Positions 63,888-64,000 of a DNA stretch of 64,000 nt are shown in pieces. The position numbers and the translations under genes are program-made. This DNA is from Synechococcus sp. (GTDB taxonomy: Bacteria; Cyanobacteriota; Cyanobacteriia; PCC-6307; Cyanobiaceae). Under the pieces are notes generated by a model that was not told the origin of the DNA, did not search any database, and saw only the letters and a program-made list of their open reading frames with translations. The stretch is taken from contig JBJBDC010000001.1 of NCBI GenBank assembly GCA_047285535.1, positions 1,024,136 through 1,088,135 of the forward strand, read 5' to 3'. Numbering within the stretch: the stretch's first letter is position 1; every line of letters starts with the position of its first letter.

Positions 63888-64000
63888 ATGACCACCCCTG
63901 AATTGTTGCGCGGTCATGGCCTTCCGTGCTTCGGGGCCATCAACGCCTCTGAGGTGAACGCCCATATCCCAGAACTGATACATCAGTTAGAAGAACAGCT
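63888..64000 (+). CDS. prlC: M3 family oligopeptidase A, 5' end (truncated by window)
   Basis: MTTPELLRGHGLP.F.AI....V..HIP.L; position after ndhD. Confidence 0.7.
   Translation, partial: MTTPELLRGHGLPCFGAINASEVNAHIPELIHQLEEQ

Noticed and set aside
1..64000. CRISPR array, tRNA, rRNA, IS or integrase
   Set aside because: No regularly spaced repeats, cloverleaf, rRNA-like tract or transposase/recombinase motifs seen by eye

Overview
This is a 64-kb chromosomal segment of a marine Synechococcus-type picocyanobacterium, judged from a D1:1-type psbA, two hli genes and picocyanobacterial small-protein families. The right end is core genome: nth, psbA, YcjF family, trpS, a GH104 muramidase, thrS, glk, thrB, ndhD and the start of an M3 oligopeptidase. 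The left ~45 kb is accessory, with scattered enzymes, many microproteins and long A-rich gaps. About ten genes are visibly decaying, including sodC, yccF, a PPOX-class FMN protein, a renalase-like oxidoreductase, DUF2605 and an exported protein. The best non-coding finds are an NtcA box + glutamine (Downstream-peptide) riboswitch + DUF4278 peptide module at 37.6-37.9 kb, a Yfr6-like peptide/structured RNA at 13.4-13.6 kb, an orphan sRNA candidate at 9.5-9.65 kb, a structured leader before the muramidase, and a LexA box before DUF1651. I saw no CRISPR array, rRNA, tRNA, transposase or integrase. All family assignments come from motif recognition and recall, not database searches. I found no clearly novel multi-gene system; the microprotein/sRNA cluster at 8.8-13.6 kb is the best candidate.
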